Below are positions 6,942 to 19,753 of a stretch of 34,646 nt of DNA, one piece after another (within the stretch, counting starts at the first letter, position 1; each line of letters starts with the position of its first letter). Location of the stretch: assembly GCA_046581755.1 (NCBI GenBank), contig JAYGFR010000232.1, positions 1 through 34,646 of the forward strand. Direction: 5' to 3'. Source of the stretch: Nitrospinota bacterium (GTDB lineage: Bacteria > UBA8248). Below the pieces are notes generated by a model. The model was not told the DNA's origin and made no database searches. It saw only the letters and a program-made list of their open reading frames with translations. The position numbers and the translations under genes are program-made.

Positions 6942-8194
6942 TCGCTCACCCGTTCGATTTCCGCGCCCAGCGTCCGCAGACGCTCCTCGATTCTCTCGTA
7001 GCCCCGGTCGATGTGGTACACCCGCCGGACTATCGTATCACCTTTTGCGGCCAAACCGGCGAGCACCAGGGATGCGCTCGCGCGCAGGTCCGTGGCCATG
7101 ACGTGCGCCCCCGTTAGGGATTCCACACCGATGACATGAGCCGTCCGGCCGTCGATCGAGATGTTCGCGCCCATCCGGATGAGTTCGGCCGCGTGCATGA
7201 AGCGGTTCTCGAAAATCGTCTCGGTGATGGCGCAGGCCCCCCCGGACAGGGTCATCAGGGTCATGAATTGCGCCTGGAGGTCAGTCGGAAAACCGGGATA
7301 CGCCGCTGTCTTGACGCTGACCGGCTTGAGGGGGCCGTTCGCGTGAACGCGCACCCAATCGTTACCCTCGGTGACCTCGAGCCCCGCATCCCGAAGCCGG
7401 AGCGTCAGCGCCCGGACGTGCTCTGGAATGCAGCGGTGAATCGTGACGTCCCCGCCGGTGATGGCTCCCGCGATCATGAAGGTCCCTGTCTCGATCCGGT
7501 CCGGCGGAACGCTCACGTCGAACCCGCCGAGCCGATCGACGCCCTCGATTTCGATAATCGGCGTCCCCGCGCCCCGAACCTGCCCGCCCATCTGGTTCAG
7601 CAGATCGGCGAGCATGGCCACCTCGGGCTCCTGAGCGGCGTTTTCCAGGGTCGTCGTCCCCTCAGCGAGCGCCGCCGCCATCATCAGGTTTTTCGTTCCC
7701 GTCACCGTCACCAAGTCGAACAATATGCGGGCGCCCTTGAGCCGCTTGGCCCGCGCGCCGATGTAGCCATCCTTCAGTTCAATTTCGGCTCCCATGGCTT
7801 CGAGGCCCTTGAGGTGCTGATCGATGGGGCGCGCGCCAATGGCGCACCCCCCCGGAAGGGAGACATCGGCTTCGCCGAAGCGCGTCAGCAGGGGACCCAG
7901 CACCATGACCGATGCCCGCATCGTCCGCACCAAATCGTAAGGGGCGGTGCCGGAGTGGGCATGAGCGGTATCGATGGAGATTTCCCGCGGGGTGATCCGT
8001 TCGCACCGGATACCAAATTCCGCAAGAAGCCCGAGGAAGGTTTCGGTGTCGCGCAAGTTCGGCACCCGCCGAATCCGGCAGGGACCATCCGCCAACAGAG
8101 AGGCCGCCAGAATCGGGAGTGTGGCGTTCTTCGAACCCGTCGCCTCGACGCCTCCGCGCAGGGCCTTGCCGCCGTGAATGCGGAATTGATCCAT
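6938..8194 (-). CDS. murA: UDP-N-acetylglucosamine 1-carboxyvinyltransferase
   Basis: GSKNA.LP, MRAS, LPGGCAIGARP (catalytic Cys), PGFPTD.Q, DLRA and RGYE motifs. Confidence 0.98.
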   Translation of the reverse strand: MDQFRIHGGKALRGGVEATGSKNATLPILAASLLADGPCRIRRVPNLRDTETFLGLLAEFGIRCERITPREISIDTAHAHSGTAPYDLVRTMRASVMVLGPLLTRFGEADVSLPGGCAIGARPIDQHLKGLEAMGAEIELKDGYIGARAKRLKGARILFDLVTVTGTKNLMMAAALAEGTTTLENAAQEPEVAMLADLLNQMGGQVRGAGTPIIEIEGVDRLGGFDVSVPPDRIETGTFMIAGAITGGDVTIHRCIPEHVRALTLRLRDAGLEVTEGNDWVRVHANGPLKPVSVKTAAYPGFPTDLQAQFMTLMTLSGGACAITETIFENRFMHAAELIRMGANISIDGRTAHVIGVESLTGAHVMATDLRASASLVLAGLAAKGDTIVRRVYHIDRGYERIEERLRTLGAEIERVSE

Positions 8195-8197
8195 GCC

Positions 8198-9088
8198 CTA
8201 GACGGTTTCCGTTTCGATGACACGCTCGCGGCAGGCCAGATCGCGGCGGATTCTCGGCTCTCCGAATGCGCGGCTCAGGCGCATTTGATCGCGGCACGGG
8301 AGAATTTGCTCCGGGTCCATTTCCAGGATGAGCAGCCCTCCCCTCTTCAGGCGGGAAGGGGCGCCAATGATGATACGGCGCAACAAGCACATGCCGTCCG
8401 GCCCTCCGTCCAGGGCCTCCCGCGGCTCAAAACGCGCCACCTCGGGCATGAGCCCGCCGATTCGGCCGGATGCGATATAGGGCGGATTCGAGAGGAGGGC
8501 ATCGAAAAGCCTCTCATCCGGAAGGCCTTCGAATAAATTCGAGCGGACGGCCTCGAAGCGGCTCTCCACCCCATTGCGGCGCGCATTCTCCCGGGCGAGG
8601 CGCAGGGCGGTCTCGCTGATGTCCGCCGCCACGATGCGGGCGCCTGGCAGCTCTTTCGCGAGCGCCACTCCGATCGCCCCGCTCCCTGTGCAAAGGTCGA
8701 AAATCCGGGGAGATTCCGCATCGCCCAGAAGGGCGGCGGCCCGCTCGACGAGAAGCTCGGTTTCGGGCCTCGGGATGAGGCAGCCGGGCGCCGCCCGGAA
8801 GGGGAGCGACCAGAACTCCCGCTCTCCCACGATATAGGCAAGCGGCTCTCGATTTTCCCGCCTCAGCGCCGCCTCGGACAACGCGGCCCGTGCGCCGGGC
8901 GGGATCGGGTCTTCGGCATGAGACAGAAGATAAGAGCGATCGCAATTCAGCGCCCAGCAAAGCAGCGCATGGGCATCGGAGCCAGCGTCCTCGACTCCCG
9001 CCTCGGCGAAGCGGCGCCTCAGGCGTTGGGCTTCATGGCCCAGGGAACCCTCAGGCCAACGGGCCGGCACCGGCGGGGTGCTTTTCAC
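8198..9088 (-). CDS. prmC: Release factor glutamine methyltransferase
   Basis: EPLAYI.G, LIPRPETE, DLCTGSG and SNPPY motifs; directly downstream of prfA. Confidence 0.96.
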   Translation of the reverse strand: MKSTPPVPARWPEGSLGHEAQRLRRRFAEAGVEDAGSDAHALLCWALNCDRSYLLSHAEDPIPPGARAALSEAALRRENREPLAYIVGEREFWSLPFRAAPGCLIPRPETELLVERAAALLGDAESPRIFDLCTGSGAIGVALAKELPGARIVAADISETALRLARENARRNGVESRFEAVRSNLFEGLPDERLFDALLSNPPYIASGRIGGLMPEVARFEPREALDGGPDGMCLLRRIIIGAPSRLKRGGLLILEMDPEQILPCRDQMRLSRAFGEPRIRRDLACRERVIETETV

Positions 9089-10176
9089 TTTGCGTCCTTC
9101 TCGCCGGGGTCCGAATCGAACTCCGCAAGGCGCTCCGCCTCGCGGCTCTCGAGCACGCGCCTGAGCATCTCCTCAATCTCTCCTTCGAGAAATTTGTCGA
9201 GGCTGTGCTGGGTATGGCCGATGCGGTGGTCGGTCACCCGGTCTTGGGGAAAGTTATAGGTTCGGATGCGGTCGCTCCGGTCCCCCGAGCCGATCTGGCT
9301 CTTGCGCTCGGCGGAGCGTGCTTCGTTCTGGGTGCGGATTTTCAGGTCGAGAAGATGGGACATGAGAATTTTCAATGCCTTGGCCTTGTTCTTGTGCTGG
9401 CTCTTTTCATCCTGGCAGGTGACGACGATTCCGGTCGGCAGGTGGGTAACGCGGACGGCGGAGTCGGTCGTATTCACGCTCTGGCCGCCCGGCCCCGAAG
9501 ATCGGTAGACATCGAACCGCAAATCGTTTTCATCGAGGTTCACCTCGATCTCGTCGGCTTCGGGAAGGATAGCCACCGTGGCCGCCGAGGTGTGGATGCG
9601 TCCCTGGCTTTCGGTGACGGGAACCCGCTGGACCCGGTGGGTGCCGCTCTCAAATTTGAGGCGGCTGTAGGCGCCCATGCCCTTAATCAGCGCGGCGACC
9701 TCCTTGATGCCGCCCAGGTTGTTCTCGTTCCGGTTCAGCTCCTCGACGCCCCACCCCTGGGCCTCGGCGTAGCGCGCATACATCCGGTAGAGGTCCGAAG
9801 CGAACAGGGCGGCCTCGTTTCCGCCGGTTCCGGCGCGAATCTCGATGATGACGTTTTTATGGTCGTTGGGATCTTTGGGGAGCATCAACCGCCGCAGACG
9901 AAGCTCCAACTCGGAGAGTTCGGCTTCGCGCGCCTCGGCCTCTTCCTTGGCCAATTCGCGGATATCGGCGTCCGAATCGTTTAAGAGGGTGCGGGCCTCT
10001 TCAAGAGACTCGCTGCACGCGCGCCATTCCCCGAAGGCTCCGACGATCCGCGATATTTCCTTGTGCTCGCGGGCCGTCTGTTCGAATTTTTTGCGGTCCT
10101 TGACCAATCGGGGATCGGAAAGGCGCTCCTCGAGGACTTTGTGCTTCTCGATAATCAGGTCGAGTTTTTCGAACAT
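9085..10176 (-). CDS. prfA: Peptide chain release factor 1
   Basis: EIRAGTGG.EA, PVT anticodon motif, GPGGQSVN and RIRTYNFPQ. Confidence 0.98.
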   Translation of the reverse strand: MFEKLDLIIEKHKVLEERLSDPRLVKDRKKFEQTAREHKEISRIVGAFGEWRACSESLEEARTLLNDSDADIRELAKEEAEAREAELSELELRLRRLMLPKDPNDHKNVIIEIRAGTGGNEAALFASDLYRMYARYAEAQGWGVEELNRNENNLGGIKEVAALIKGMGAYSRLKFESGTHRVQRVPVTESQGRIHTSAATVAILPEADEIEVNLDENDLRFDVYRSSGPGGQSVNTTDSAVRVTHLPTGIVVTCQDEKSQHKNKAKALKILMSHLLDLKIRTQNEARSAERKSQIGSGDRSDRIRTYNFPQDRVTDHRIGHTQHSLDKFLEGEIEEMLRRVLESREAERLAEFDSDPGEKDAK

Positions 10177-10270
10177 AACAATGAGGCTCCAGCCCCGCGG
10201 GAAGCGGAAGAGCCGCCGGCGCTCCTAGGTGGGGGCGTTCCGGATTCAGCCTCATTTCGAGAGGAGAAAC

Positions 10271-10786
10271 TCAGGACGTCTCGGCATCTCCGGAGAATGC
10301 CTGCGCCTCGGGCGCGGGCTCGGTTTCCGCTTCCGGCGGCGTCTCGGGCGATTTCGTTTCGGTCTCTGGCGCGGCTACCTGCGCTGCTCTCGAATCGGCA
10401 ACGGTCTTTTCCTCGGCTTCCCGGGTGGCCCTCAAGGCTACCTGCTCCTCGCGGCGGCGAATTCTGGCCTCCTCGCGGGCCGTCTTTTCATCGATGGCTT
10501 TTTGCTTCTCGCGCTCTTCCTGTGCGGCGGTTTCAGCCACGCGCGTCGCGATTCTCCGTTTCCGCTTGGATACGCGCGTTTGCTGGTCTTGGAATTTTTT
10601 GACGAATTTCTCAACGCGCCCTTCGGTGTCGATGATTCGGGACTGCTTGCCGGTATAGAAGGGATGGCAGTTGGAGCAAATCTCGATGCGAAACGACTCC
10701 CGGGTCGAATGGGTCTTGAATTCGGTCTGGCATCCGCTGCATACCACGGTCGTTTCATACAGTTCGGGATGAATATCGGCTTTCAT
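10271..10786 (-). CDS. rpmE: 50S ribosomal protein L31 (Zn-binding type) with a ~100-aa C-terminal extension
   Basis: [21 protein letters not shown] and DTEGRVEKF motifs. ATG 10786 has an AAGGAG RBS. Confidence 0.93.
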   Translation of the reverse strand: MKADIHPELYETTVVCSGCQTEFKTHSTRESFRIEICSNCHPFYTGKQSRIIDTEGRVEKFVKKFQDQQTRVSKRKRRIATRVAETAAQEEREKQKAIDEKTAREEARIRRREEQVALRATREAEEKTVADSRAAQVAAPETETKSPETPPEAETEPAPEAQAFSGDAETS

Positions 10787-10922
10787 CGAATGCGGCTCCT
10801 TCCAGCCGGAGGCGTCCCGGACCCAAGCGTGGCCCCCGGAAACCTCTGCAAACTCCCGAATCCCGAATATGGGTCCGGGCTCACTCCACAATTTCTTCAC
10901 GCAAGACCGTGAAGAAGGCGTT

Positions 10923-10951
10923 TTTATACCGAAACTCGGTTTTTTTGTCCA
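10923..10951 (-). promoter_or_regulatory. Putative sigma70 promoter TGGACA-17nt-TATAAA for the rpmE-prfA operon
   Basis: Near-consensus hexamers with a 17-nt spacer in an otherwise GC-rich intergenic region. Confidence 0.6.
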
Positions 10952-11118
10952 CCCGCGCGGAAAAGCGCCGAGATCCGTTGCGCAGGCACCGCAAATGGCT
11001 GGGAGCGATGGGCGGAGATGGGAGAATCCAGGCGCTCAAAGGCGGAATCCAGCCCCGGGAGACGGGGCGCGGGGCCGAGACTCTCACGAAACCCGATCCA
11101 TAGATTGCGTAGCGAAAT

Positions 11119-12402
11119 TTAACTGTTCATGGAGAGGAGGAATTCCTCGTTTGTCTCCGTCTCGTTGATCTTTTCGAGGAGAAGTTCCATGGAATCCACC
11201 GGGCCCAGGGGCTGAAGCACCTTGCGGGGGACCCACACCCGGTTGAGCTCGGACGCGTCCATGAGGAGTTCCTCTTTCCGGGTTCCCGACTTGTTGATGT
11301 CAATCGAGGGGAAAACCCGCTTATCGGAGAGCTTGCGGTCGAGGTGGACTTCCATGTTGCCCGTGCCCTTGAACTCCTCGAAGATCACATCGTCCATCCG
11401 GCTTCCGGTTTCGACCAGCGCGGTCGCCAGGATGGTGAGGCTGCCGCCCTCTTCGAGATTCCGCGCCGCGCCGAAGAAGCGCTTGGGCCGCTGGAGGGCG
11501 TTCGAGTCCACGCCGCCCGAGAGCACCTTGCCGCTCGGTGAAATGATGGTGTTGTGCGCCCGGGCGAGGCGGGTGATCGAATCCAGCAGAATGACCACGT
11601 CTTTTTTGTGCTCGACCAGCCGCTTGGCTTTTTCGATCACCATATCGGCAACCTGTACGTGACGGGTGGCCGGTTCATCGAAGGTGGAACTGACCACCTC
11701 GCCCTTGACGGAGCGCTCCATGTCGGTCACCTCCTCGGGACGCTCGTCGATCAGCAATACGATCAAGTGCGCCTCCGGGAAGTTTTCGGCGACGCTCTTG
11801 GCGATGGCCTGGAGGAGCATGGTCTTTCCCGTTCGCGGGGCCGCGACGATGAGACCGCGCTGGCCGAAGCCGATGGGGGTCATCAAATCCAATACGCGGG
11901 TGCAGGCATCCTTGCTTTCCGGAACCTCCAGGTCAATCCTCCGGTCGGGGTACAAGGGCGTGAGGTTATCGAACAGGACCTTGTCCTTGCTGGCCTCGGG
12001 GGACTCATAATTGATCTTCTCGACCTTGAGCAGGGCAAAATAGCGCTCGCCCTCCTTGGGCTGGCGAATCTGGCCGTTGATTGTATCGCCGGTCCGCAGG
12101 TCGAATCGCCGAATCTGGCTGGGGGATACGTAAATATCGTCCGGGCCCGGCAGGTAATTGTATGCGGTCGAGCGCAAAAATCCGAATCCATCGGGCAGGA
12201 TTTCGAGCACGCCCTCCCCGTAAATCACACCATCGCGATCTTTCCCGGACTGAGCCTCAAGAATTTTAAAGATCAGATCCTGTTTTCGGAGACCGCTCAC
12301 CCCATCCACTTTGAGCTCTTTCAGGATCGAGTTCAGATCGGTGATGGTTTTCTTCTTCAATTCTGCGAGATGCAGGTCGCGTTCCTGGGTGGCAACTGAC
12401 AT
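11119..12402 (-). CDS. rho: Transcription termination factor Rho (alternative start at 12450)
   Basis: [26 protein letters not shown]-loop, [10 protein letters not shown] and FKGTGNME motifs. Confidence 0.98.
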   Translation of the reverse strand: MSVATQERDLHLAELKKKTITDLNSILKELKVDGVSGLRKQDLIFKILEAQSGKDRDGVIYGEGVLEILPDGFGFLRSTAYNYLPGPDDIYVSPSQIRRFDLRTGDTINGQIRQPKEGERYFALLKVEKINYESPEASKDKVLFDNLTPLYPDRRIDLEVPESKDACTRVLDLMTPIGFGQRGLIVAAPRTGKTMLLQAIAKSVAENFPEAHLIVLLIDERPEEVTDMERSVKGEVVSSTFDEPATRHVQVADMVIEKAKRLVEHKKDVVILLDSITRLARAHNTIISPSGKVLSGGVDSNALQRPKRFFGAARNLEEGGSLTILATALVETGSRMDDVIFEEFKGTGNMEVHLDRKLSDKRVFPSIDINKSGTRKEELLMDASELNRVWVPRKVLQPLGPVDSMELLLEKINETETNEEFLLSMNS

Positions 12403-12881
12403 TCCGTCCTTCTCCTTACTTGGTGGGCTTAAGTTCGCCGCCCGGGACATGGAACGGCACCATGATTAGCGCCGTCACCGCCACGCCCAATGCAGGGAGG
12501 CACACACACTTACAGCCTCTGGCGACGAACAAACTAGTGAATACTGCCTTTTTGAGCAAACTTTTAACCGAACAGGTTCGCTGCGATTCTCAGGCGGCAT
12601 TTATCGATTCTGATTGCATCTCTTCTTGTTCGATCTCGAATCTTCGAGAGGTTGATTAGAATTCAGGGACGTGAATAATTCCTTGGGTTAGATTTTCGAG
12701 CAGTGGTTTTGCCTACACATATCGATAAAAACAAAACCCGGTGCAAAGAATCCCGGCTATGAAAACCCGCCTCGAATCAATGAAAACCGAATGTTGGTTA
12801 GCAGCATTGGAGATACGGGCAATTTGACGATCAAGGATACATCTAAACTACGGAGCAATATAGCTGTCCTGTTCGAATCTG

Positions 12882-13514
12882 TCAATCACTCTTTTTTCTC
12901 GCTGCCGGCCCCGAATCCAGGAGCCAGGCGGCCAGTTCGTCCACCCGCCCTTTCAAATCCTCCAGGCTTCCCCGGTTATCCACCAACCGGTCAGCATATT
13001 TGGCCTTTTCGGGAAGGGGCATCTGGGATGCGAGCCGTGCGCGCGCGGTCTCTTCATCCATGCCCTCCCTATCTGCAAGCCGAGCCATCTGATGGCTTTC
13101 GTCGCAATCCACCACCACAATCCGATCGAACCGCTCCCACCCTCCGGATTCGATCATCAGCGCGGCATCCACGACGGCGACCGGCGAATCGCCCCGAGCC
13201 CTCATCTGCTCCAGCCACCTGTCCTGGGCGGCCATGATCCGCGGATGGAGCATGCCCTCCAGTTCGCGTCTTTTGGATTCGTCCGCAAAAACGATTTGTC
13301 CAAGACGCGTCCGATCGAGGGTCCCATCGCCCGCCAGGACACCGGGTCCGAAAGCTTCGGCGATTTCAGAAAGCGCCTCCGATCCGGACTGGACCAGATC
13401 GCGTGCAATTTTATCGGAGTCGATAACGGGGATGCCTTTTTCCTTGAGCAGGAGGCTGACGGTGCTCTTGCCGCTGGCGATACCGCCCGTGAGGCCGACG
13501 CGAAGCAAAATCAC
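12882..13514 (-). CDS. coaE: Dephospho-CoA kinase
   Basis: VGLTGGIASGKSTV, LDR..LG..VF, LHP.I and DNRG motifs. Confidence 0.96.
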   Translation of the reverse strand: MILLRVGLTGGIASGKSTVSLLLKEKGIPVIDSDKIARDLVQSGSEALSEIAEAFGPGVLAGDGTLDRTRLGQIVFADESKRRELEGMLHPRIMAAQDRWLEQMRARGDSPVAVVDAALMIESGGWERFDRIVVVDCDESHQMARLADREGMDEETARARLASQMPLPEKAKYADRLVDNRGSLEDLKGRVDELAAWLLDSGPAARKKSD

Positions 13515-13529
13515 CTCCAGCCGGCCACC

Positions 13530-13805
13530 TTACACGCCCCGGCGCTTCGCCTCTTGGTCGTAGTGCTTGGCATAGAGTATCTCCCACTCGCGCGTCCCCT
13601 CGATGAGACGGCTGGAGTAGCTGCTGAGCTCCCGGCGGACCTCTTCGTCGATCTCATCGTCGATGGCCAATTCATTCGTGATCGCCCGGACGATGTTGAT
13701 CCGGACATCGACGGCCTCGCCGAGGAAGGATACGTCCTCGGACTCCTCCATATCCTTGACGATGAGATTCGAGAGATGATTCACCTTCTCGCGGCTGATG
13801 CGCAT
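13530..13805 (-). CDS. DUF507-like small helical protein
   Basis: MRISREKVNHLS..IDEEVRR.L..Y..EGTREWEILY.K; paralogous to the neighbouring gene. Confidence 0.75.
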   Translation of the reverse strand: MRISREKVNHLSNLIVKDMEESEDVSFLGEAVDVRINIVRAITNELAIDDEIDEEVRRELSSYSSRLIEGTREWEILYAKHYDQEAKRRGV

Positions 13806-13849
13806 CGCCGCGCCCTCCTCATTTGGCACCGGCCAATCAATCACCCAGC

Positions 13850-14131
13850 CTAAAGTACCAGATTCCGCTCCCGGGCAAGCTTGGTCTTCACCATCGTGAA
13901 CATCCGGCTATAATCGACGTTGTCCTTGTCCATTTCATCTTGGTGATCTAGGAGAATTTCCTTCACCTCATAGTTCAGCCGATCCTCCACCAGAAGATCC
14001 GCTTCGATGAGGCTTGTGATGCGGTTGCGCAACGCTTCTTCGGTCCCAGCGATCTCAATCGCTTCTCGCCTGAGAAGACGATCGACAATTTTATTCGCAA
14101 TCCGATCGATCATCTCTTTCCGCAAACGCAC
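13850..14131 (-). CDS. DUF507-like small helical protein
   Basis: GTG start with a purine-rich RBS. RLRKEMI..EDRLN.EVKEIL..DY.RMF.MVK.KLARERNLVL. Confidence 0.8.
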   Translation of the reverse strand: MRLRKEMIDRIANKIVDRLLRREAIEIAGTEEALRNRITSLIEADLLVEDRLNYEVKEILLDHQDEMDKDNVDYSRMFTMVKTKLARERNLVL

Positions 14132-14289
14132 CCTTCTTCCTCCCTGGGACCGGAGCGGCCCGGCTTCGGACCTTCCGCCGGCCGGCGGCATCGTCCCCGC
14201 ACGCCACGCATCCGTCCCGCTCCACCCGAGAATACCCCAACTCGAAGGTTCCGCGCACCCCCTTTGGGCAATCCTGCCCACCTCGGGGA

Positions 14290-15156
14290 TCAATCCGCCC
14301 CGGACGCCTTCCGGCGAAGCTCTAAAAATGTGCGTACGGGCTGGGAATACTGCCCGAGCCTCTCGGGTCCCGGCCGGGAGCCGTGGCAATCCGAGCCTCC
14401 CATGGCGACCAGATTATAGCATTTCGCCATCTCCCGGTATTTTTTTTGCTCATCGGCGTCCTGGGATGGGTGTTCCGCCTCGATTCCGGCCAACCCGGCG
14501 GAAACCAGGTCCGGAATGATCTCGTCCACACCGCTCAAGTTGGGGTGCGCGAACGTCGCGGCCCCCCCGGCACCGGCAATCAACCGCACCGCCTCGGCCG
14601 GCGAGATCATGTCGAGTTCCACATAGGCGGAGGCCTCCTCGCCCAGGAATTTCTCAAAAATCTCCTCGCGGTGGCCGACGAGATTTTTTTTCAGCATATA
14701 GGCTGACAATTGCCCCCGGCCGATGCTCGCCGCCCCTCCATATTCCCTGAAAAAATCGTCCGGATCGATGGAGATCCCCAGCCCCCCGAGCCGTCCGATC
14801 ATTTCCGCCACCCGGGTTTTCCTGCTTCCCATATAGCGGCGCATCCGGTCGCTCAACTCCGGATCGGCGGTCCGGATGAAATGACCCAGCATGTGGACGA
14901 TCCGCCCCCGATGAATCGAGGAGAGTTCGACGCCATCGACAAACTCCAGCTCCAGGCGCCCCGACTCCCGCCGGGCCTCGTCCAGGCCCGCCACCGTGTC
15001 GTGATCCGTAAGCGAGACGACGCGAAGCCCGGCCGCTTTCGCCCGCTCCATCACACGCCGGGGCGGATCTTCTCCGTCCGAGGCGTTCGAGTGAAGGTGA
15101 AGATCAACGGCCAGCGAATCGTCGGGGAGATCGAGCCCGGAGGAGAAGTACGGCAT
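14290..15156 (-). CDS. PHP-domain metal-dependent phosphoesterase (TrpH/YciV-like)
   Basis: DLHLHSNASDG, LTDHDT, GVELS, AHP and GGSDCHG motifs. Confidence 0.92.
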   Translation of the reverse strand: MPYFSSGLDLPDDSLAVDLHLHSNASDGEDPPRRVMERAKAAGLRVVSLTDHDTVAGLDEARRESGRLELEFVDGVELSSIHRGRIVHMLGHFIRTADPELSDRMRRYMGSRKTRVAEMIGRLGGLGISIDPDDFFREYGGAASIGRGQLSAYMLKKNLVGHREEIFEKFLGEEASAYVELDMISPAEAVRLIAGAGGAATFAHPNLSGVDEIIPDLVSAGLAGIEAEHPSQDADEQKKYREMAKCYNLVAMGGSDCHGSRPGPERLGQYSQPVRTFLELRRKASGAD

Positions 15157-15234
15157 CGGAAAGGTCCCATCCCTCTGCCCGCGCGGCGGGAAGGCACGGA
15201 CGCAGCGGCTGCCATAGACGGGTATAAAAACACA

Positions 15235-15309
15235 TGGAGCGGGCGATGGGATTCGAACCCACGACGTCCAGCTTGGGAAGCTGGCACTCTACCACTGAGT
15301 TACGCCCGC
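15235..15309 (-). tRNA. tRNA-Gly (anticodon CCC)
   Basis: GCGGGCG acceptor stem, CCAGC-TTCCCAA-GCTGG anticodon arm, GGTTCGAATCC T-arm and encoded CCA; 75 nt. Confidence 0.97.
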
Positions 15310-15320
15310 CTATGGACCAG

Positions 15321-15350
15321 ACAATAGGACTTGGCGGCGGAGAGTGTCAA
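15321..15350 (-). promoter_or_regulatory. Putative tRNA promoter TTGACA-18nt-TATTGT
   Basis: The consensus -35 overlaps the stop codon of the upstream ligase gene, and the -10 ends 11 nt before the tRNA. Confidence 0.6.
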
Positions 15351-16195
15351 GAAGGCGATGCCGCCGCTTGGCCATGCGTCCATTCCGGGTTGGCGTAGCG
15401 CCGCGCTGCCAAGGCACCGGCGCGCGCCATCTCATCGTCGGTCAAGGAACCTTCGCGGAATGGGCCAAAAATCTCCGCCATCCCCTCCCGGAGCGCCCGG
15501 ACGCCTTCCCCATAACTCACCTCCCGGCCCAGGACATCGGAAAGGCCGACGGCGTGATCCGTGCTCTCCCGCGCAACCTCGCCTTCTCCGTGGGTCCGGA
15601 CCCGGAGCAGGGAGGCCAGCCGCGCCCCGGGAGACCGAAGAAGAATGCTCCCATGTTGAAGAACGGCGCCCCTCTCGCGGCACTGGGCGCTGCCGGCCAC
15701 CTTGCGCCCGCCGATGGAGAGTTCCCACACCGATGGCGTGGCGAAACAAGAGGGCTGGGAGGCATAGGCCCTTCCGCTGGGCGGAGCAAATTCGACGGGC
15801 ACGCCAAGGCGGCGCAGGCCGGCCGCCAGCCCCTCGCTGATCCGCCGGTAGCTTTCCTCGATCGTCGCGCCCAATAGCCCCTCGGGACCGGCCACCGAGT
15901 AAGTCACTTCCCGGTCGTGAAGGACCGCGCGCCCGCCGGTCAGCCTCCGGCAAAGATCCACGCCCTCCTCCCGCAGCCGGCCGATAAAAACGTCCCGCCC
16001 GGCCGCCTGATTTCTTCCCAGGGTGAGCGCGGGGGGGGACCATCCATAAACACGGAACGTGAAGGGGGCATCCTCCGCCGCGCCGCCGGCAGCGAGATGG
16101 GACCGGCAGCCCGCGAGGAGAACCTCATCGACGGCCATGTTCCAGGCGGCCGGGGCCGCTCCGGTATCGAGGAACCTGGCGTTTGGGGATGTCAT
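15347..16195 (-). CDS. lipM: Lipoate-protein ligase family, LipM-like octanoyltransferase
   Basis: NMAVDE, RRLTGGRAVLHD.E.TYS, SCF..PS.WEL and RKVAGSAQ....LQHGSI motifs; single domain, adjacent to the gcv genes. Confidence 0.8.
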   Translation of the reverse strand: MTSPNARFLDTGAAPAAWNMAVDEVLLAGCRSHLAAGGAAEDAPFTFRVYGWSPPALTLGRNQAAGRDVFIGRLREEGVDLCRRLTGGRAVLHDREVTYSVAGPEGLLGATIEESYRRISEGLAAGLRRLGVPVEFAPPSGRAYASQPSCFATPSVWELSIGGRKVAGSAQCRERGAVLQHGSILLRSPGARLASLLRVRTHGEGEVARESTDHAVGLSDVLGREVSYGEGVRALREGMAEIFGPFREGSLTDDEMARAGALAARRYANPEWTHGQAAASPS

Positions 16196-16221
16196 CGAGA
16201 ATACCGCCTCCCAGAGGCCGT

Positions 16222-19107
<2,886 letters not shown>

Positions 19108-19272
19108 GATGCGCAATCCTCAGCGGGGCACTCCGGTTCCCGGTCCGTTCATCTTCCGGGCCGGCCAGCGCGGCCGGTGCGGCGGATGAACCGGGGCGTC
19201 CCTGGCATTTCAAGGGCGGAAAAATTTAGCTTGCGGAATGGCCGGCGCTCTTCGCCCGGCGGAGCGGCCGGA

Positions 19273-19662
19273 TCAGCCGCTCTCCTCCTCGATGTACGCC
19301 TTGTAGTCATCGAGTTCCAGCAGCGCGTCGACCTCCGAGGTGTCGCTCATTTCGATTCGCAGCATCCACCCATCCTCAAACGGGTCGCTGTTAACGAGTT
19401 CGGGCTCGTCGTTTAGCTGCTGGTTCACCTCGGTCACCGTGCCGGTGACCGGCGCAAACAGATCGGAGACGGCTTTCACCGACTCGACGACGCCGAACGT
19501 GCTGTTCGCCTCCAGCTCCGAACCCACCTCGGGCAGTTCGACGTACACCACGTCGCCGAGTTCGGACTGCGCATGGGCGGTGATGCCGACCAACGCGATA
19601 TTGCCTTCCACCTTCACCCACTCGTGCTCTCGCGAATATTTGAGCCCTTGAGGATAATCCAT
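19273..19662 (-). CDS. gcvH: Glycine cleavage system H protein
   Basis: HEWV, GIT..AQ..LGD.VYV and VESVKAVSD (lipoyl Lys) motifs. Confidence 0.97.
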   Translation of the reverse strand: MDYPQGLKYSREHEWVKVEGNIALVGITAHAQSELGDVVYVELPEVGSELEANSTFGVVESVKAVSDLFAPVTGTVTEVNQQLNDEPELVNSDPFEDGWMLRIEMSDTSEVDALLELDDYKAYIEEESG

Positions 19663-19753
19663 GGCCCGAATCACCTCCCACAAAGAATTTCGGATAGCTA
19701 CAAGAACGAAATATCCCGATCGATGGAACCGGGAACGGCCTCGAACATTCCCC

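Noticed and set aside
7136..8536. Long antisense ORFs (also 16183-17694, 21009-23123, 28856-30622, 33132-34430)
   Set aside because: They are mirror frames of well-identified genes in high-GC DNA and carry no family motifs.
11225..11235. Rho RVWVPRK, where Leu is usual at the Pro position
   Set aside because: It is a single substitution that could be a variant or a base error, and it cannot be interpreted from sequence alone.
15235..15309. tRNA-Gly as an island attachment site
   Set aside because: I saw no duplicated tRNA 3' end or integrase in the window, and the flanking genes are housekeeping.
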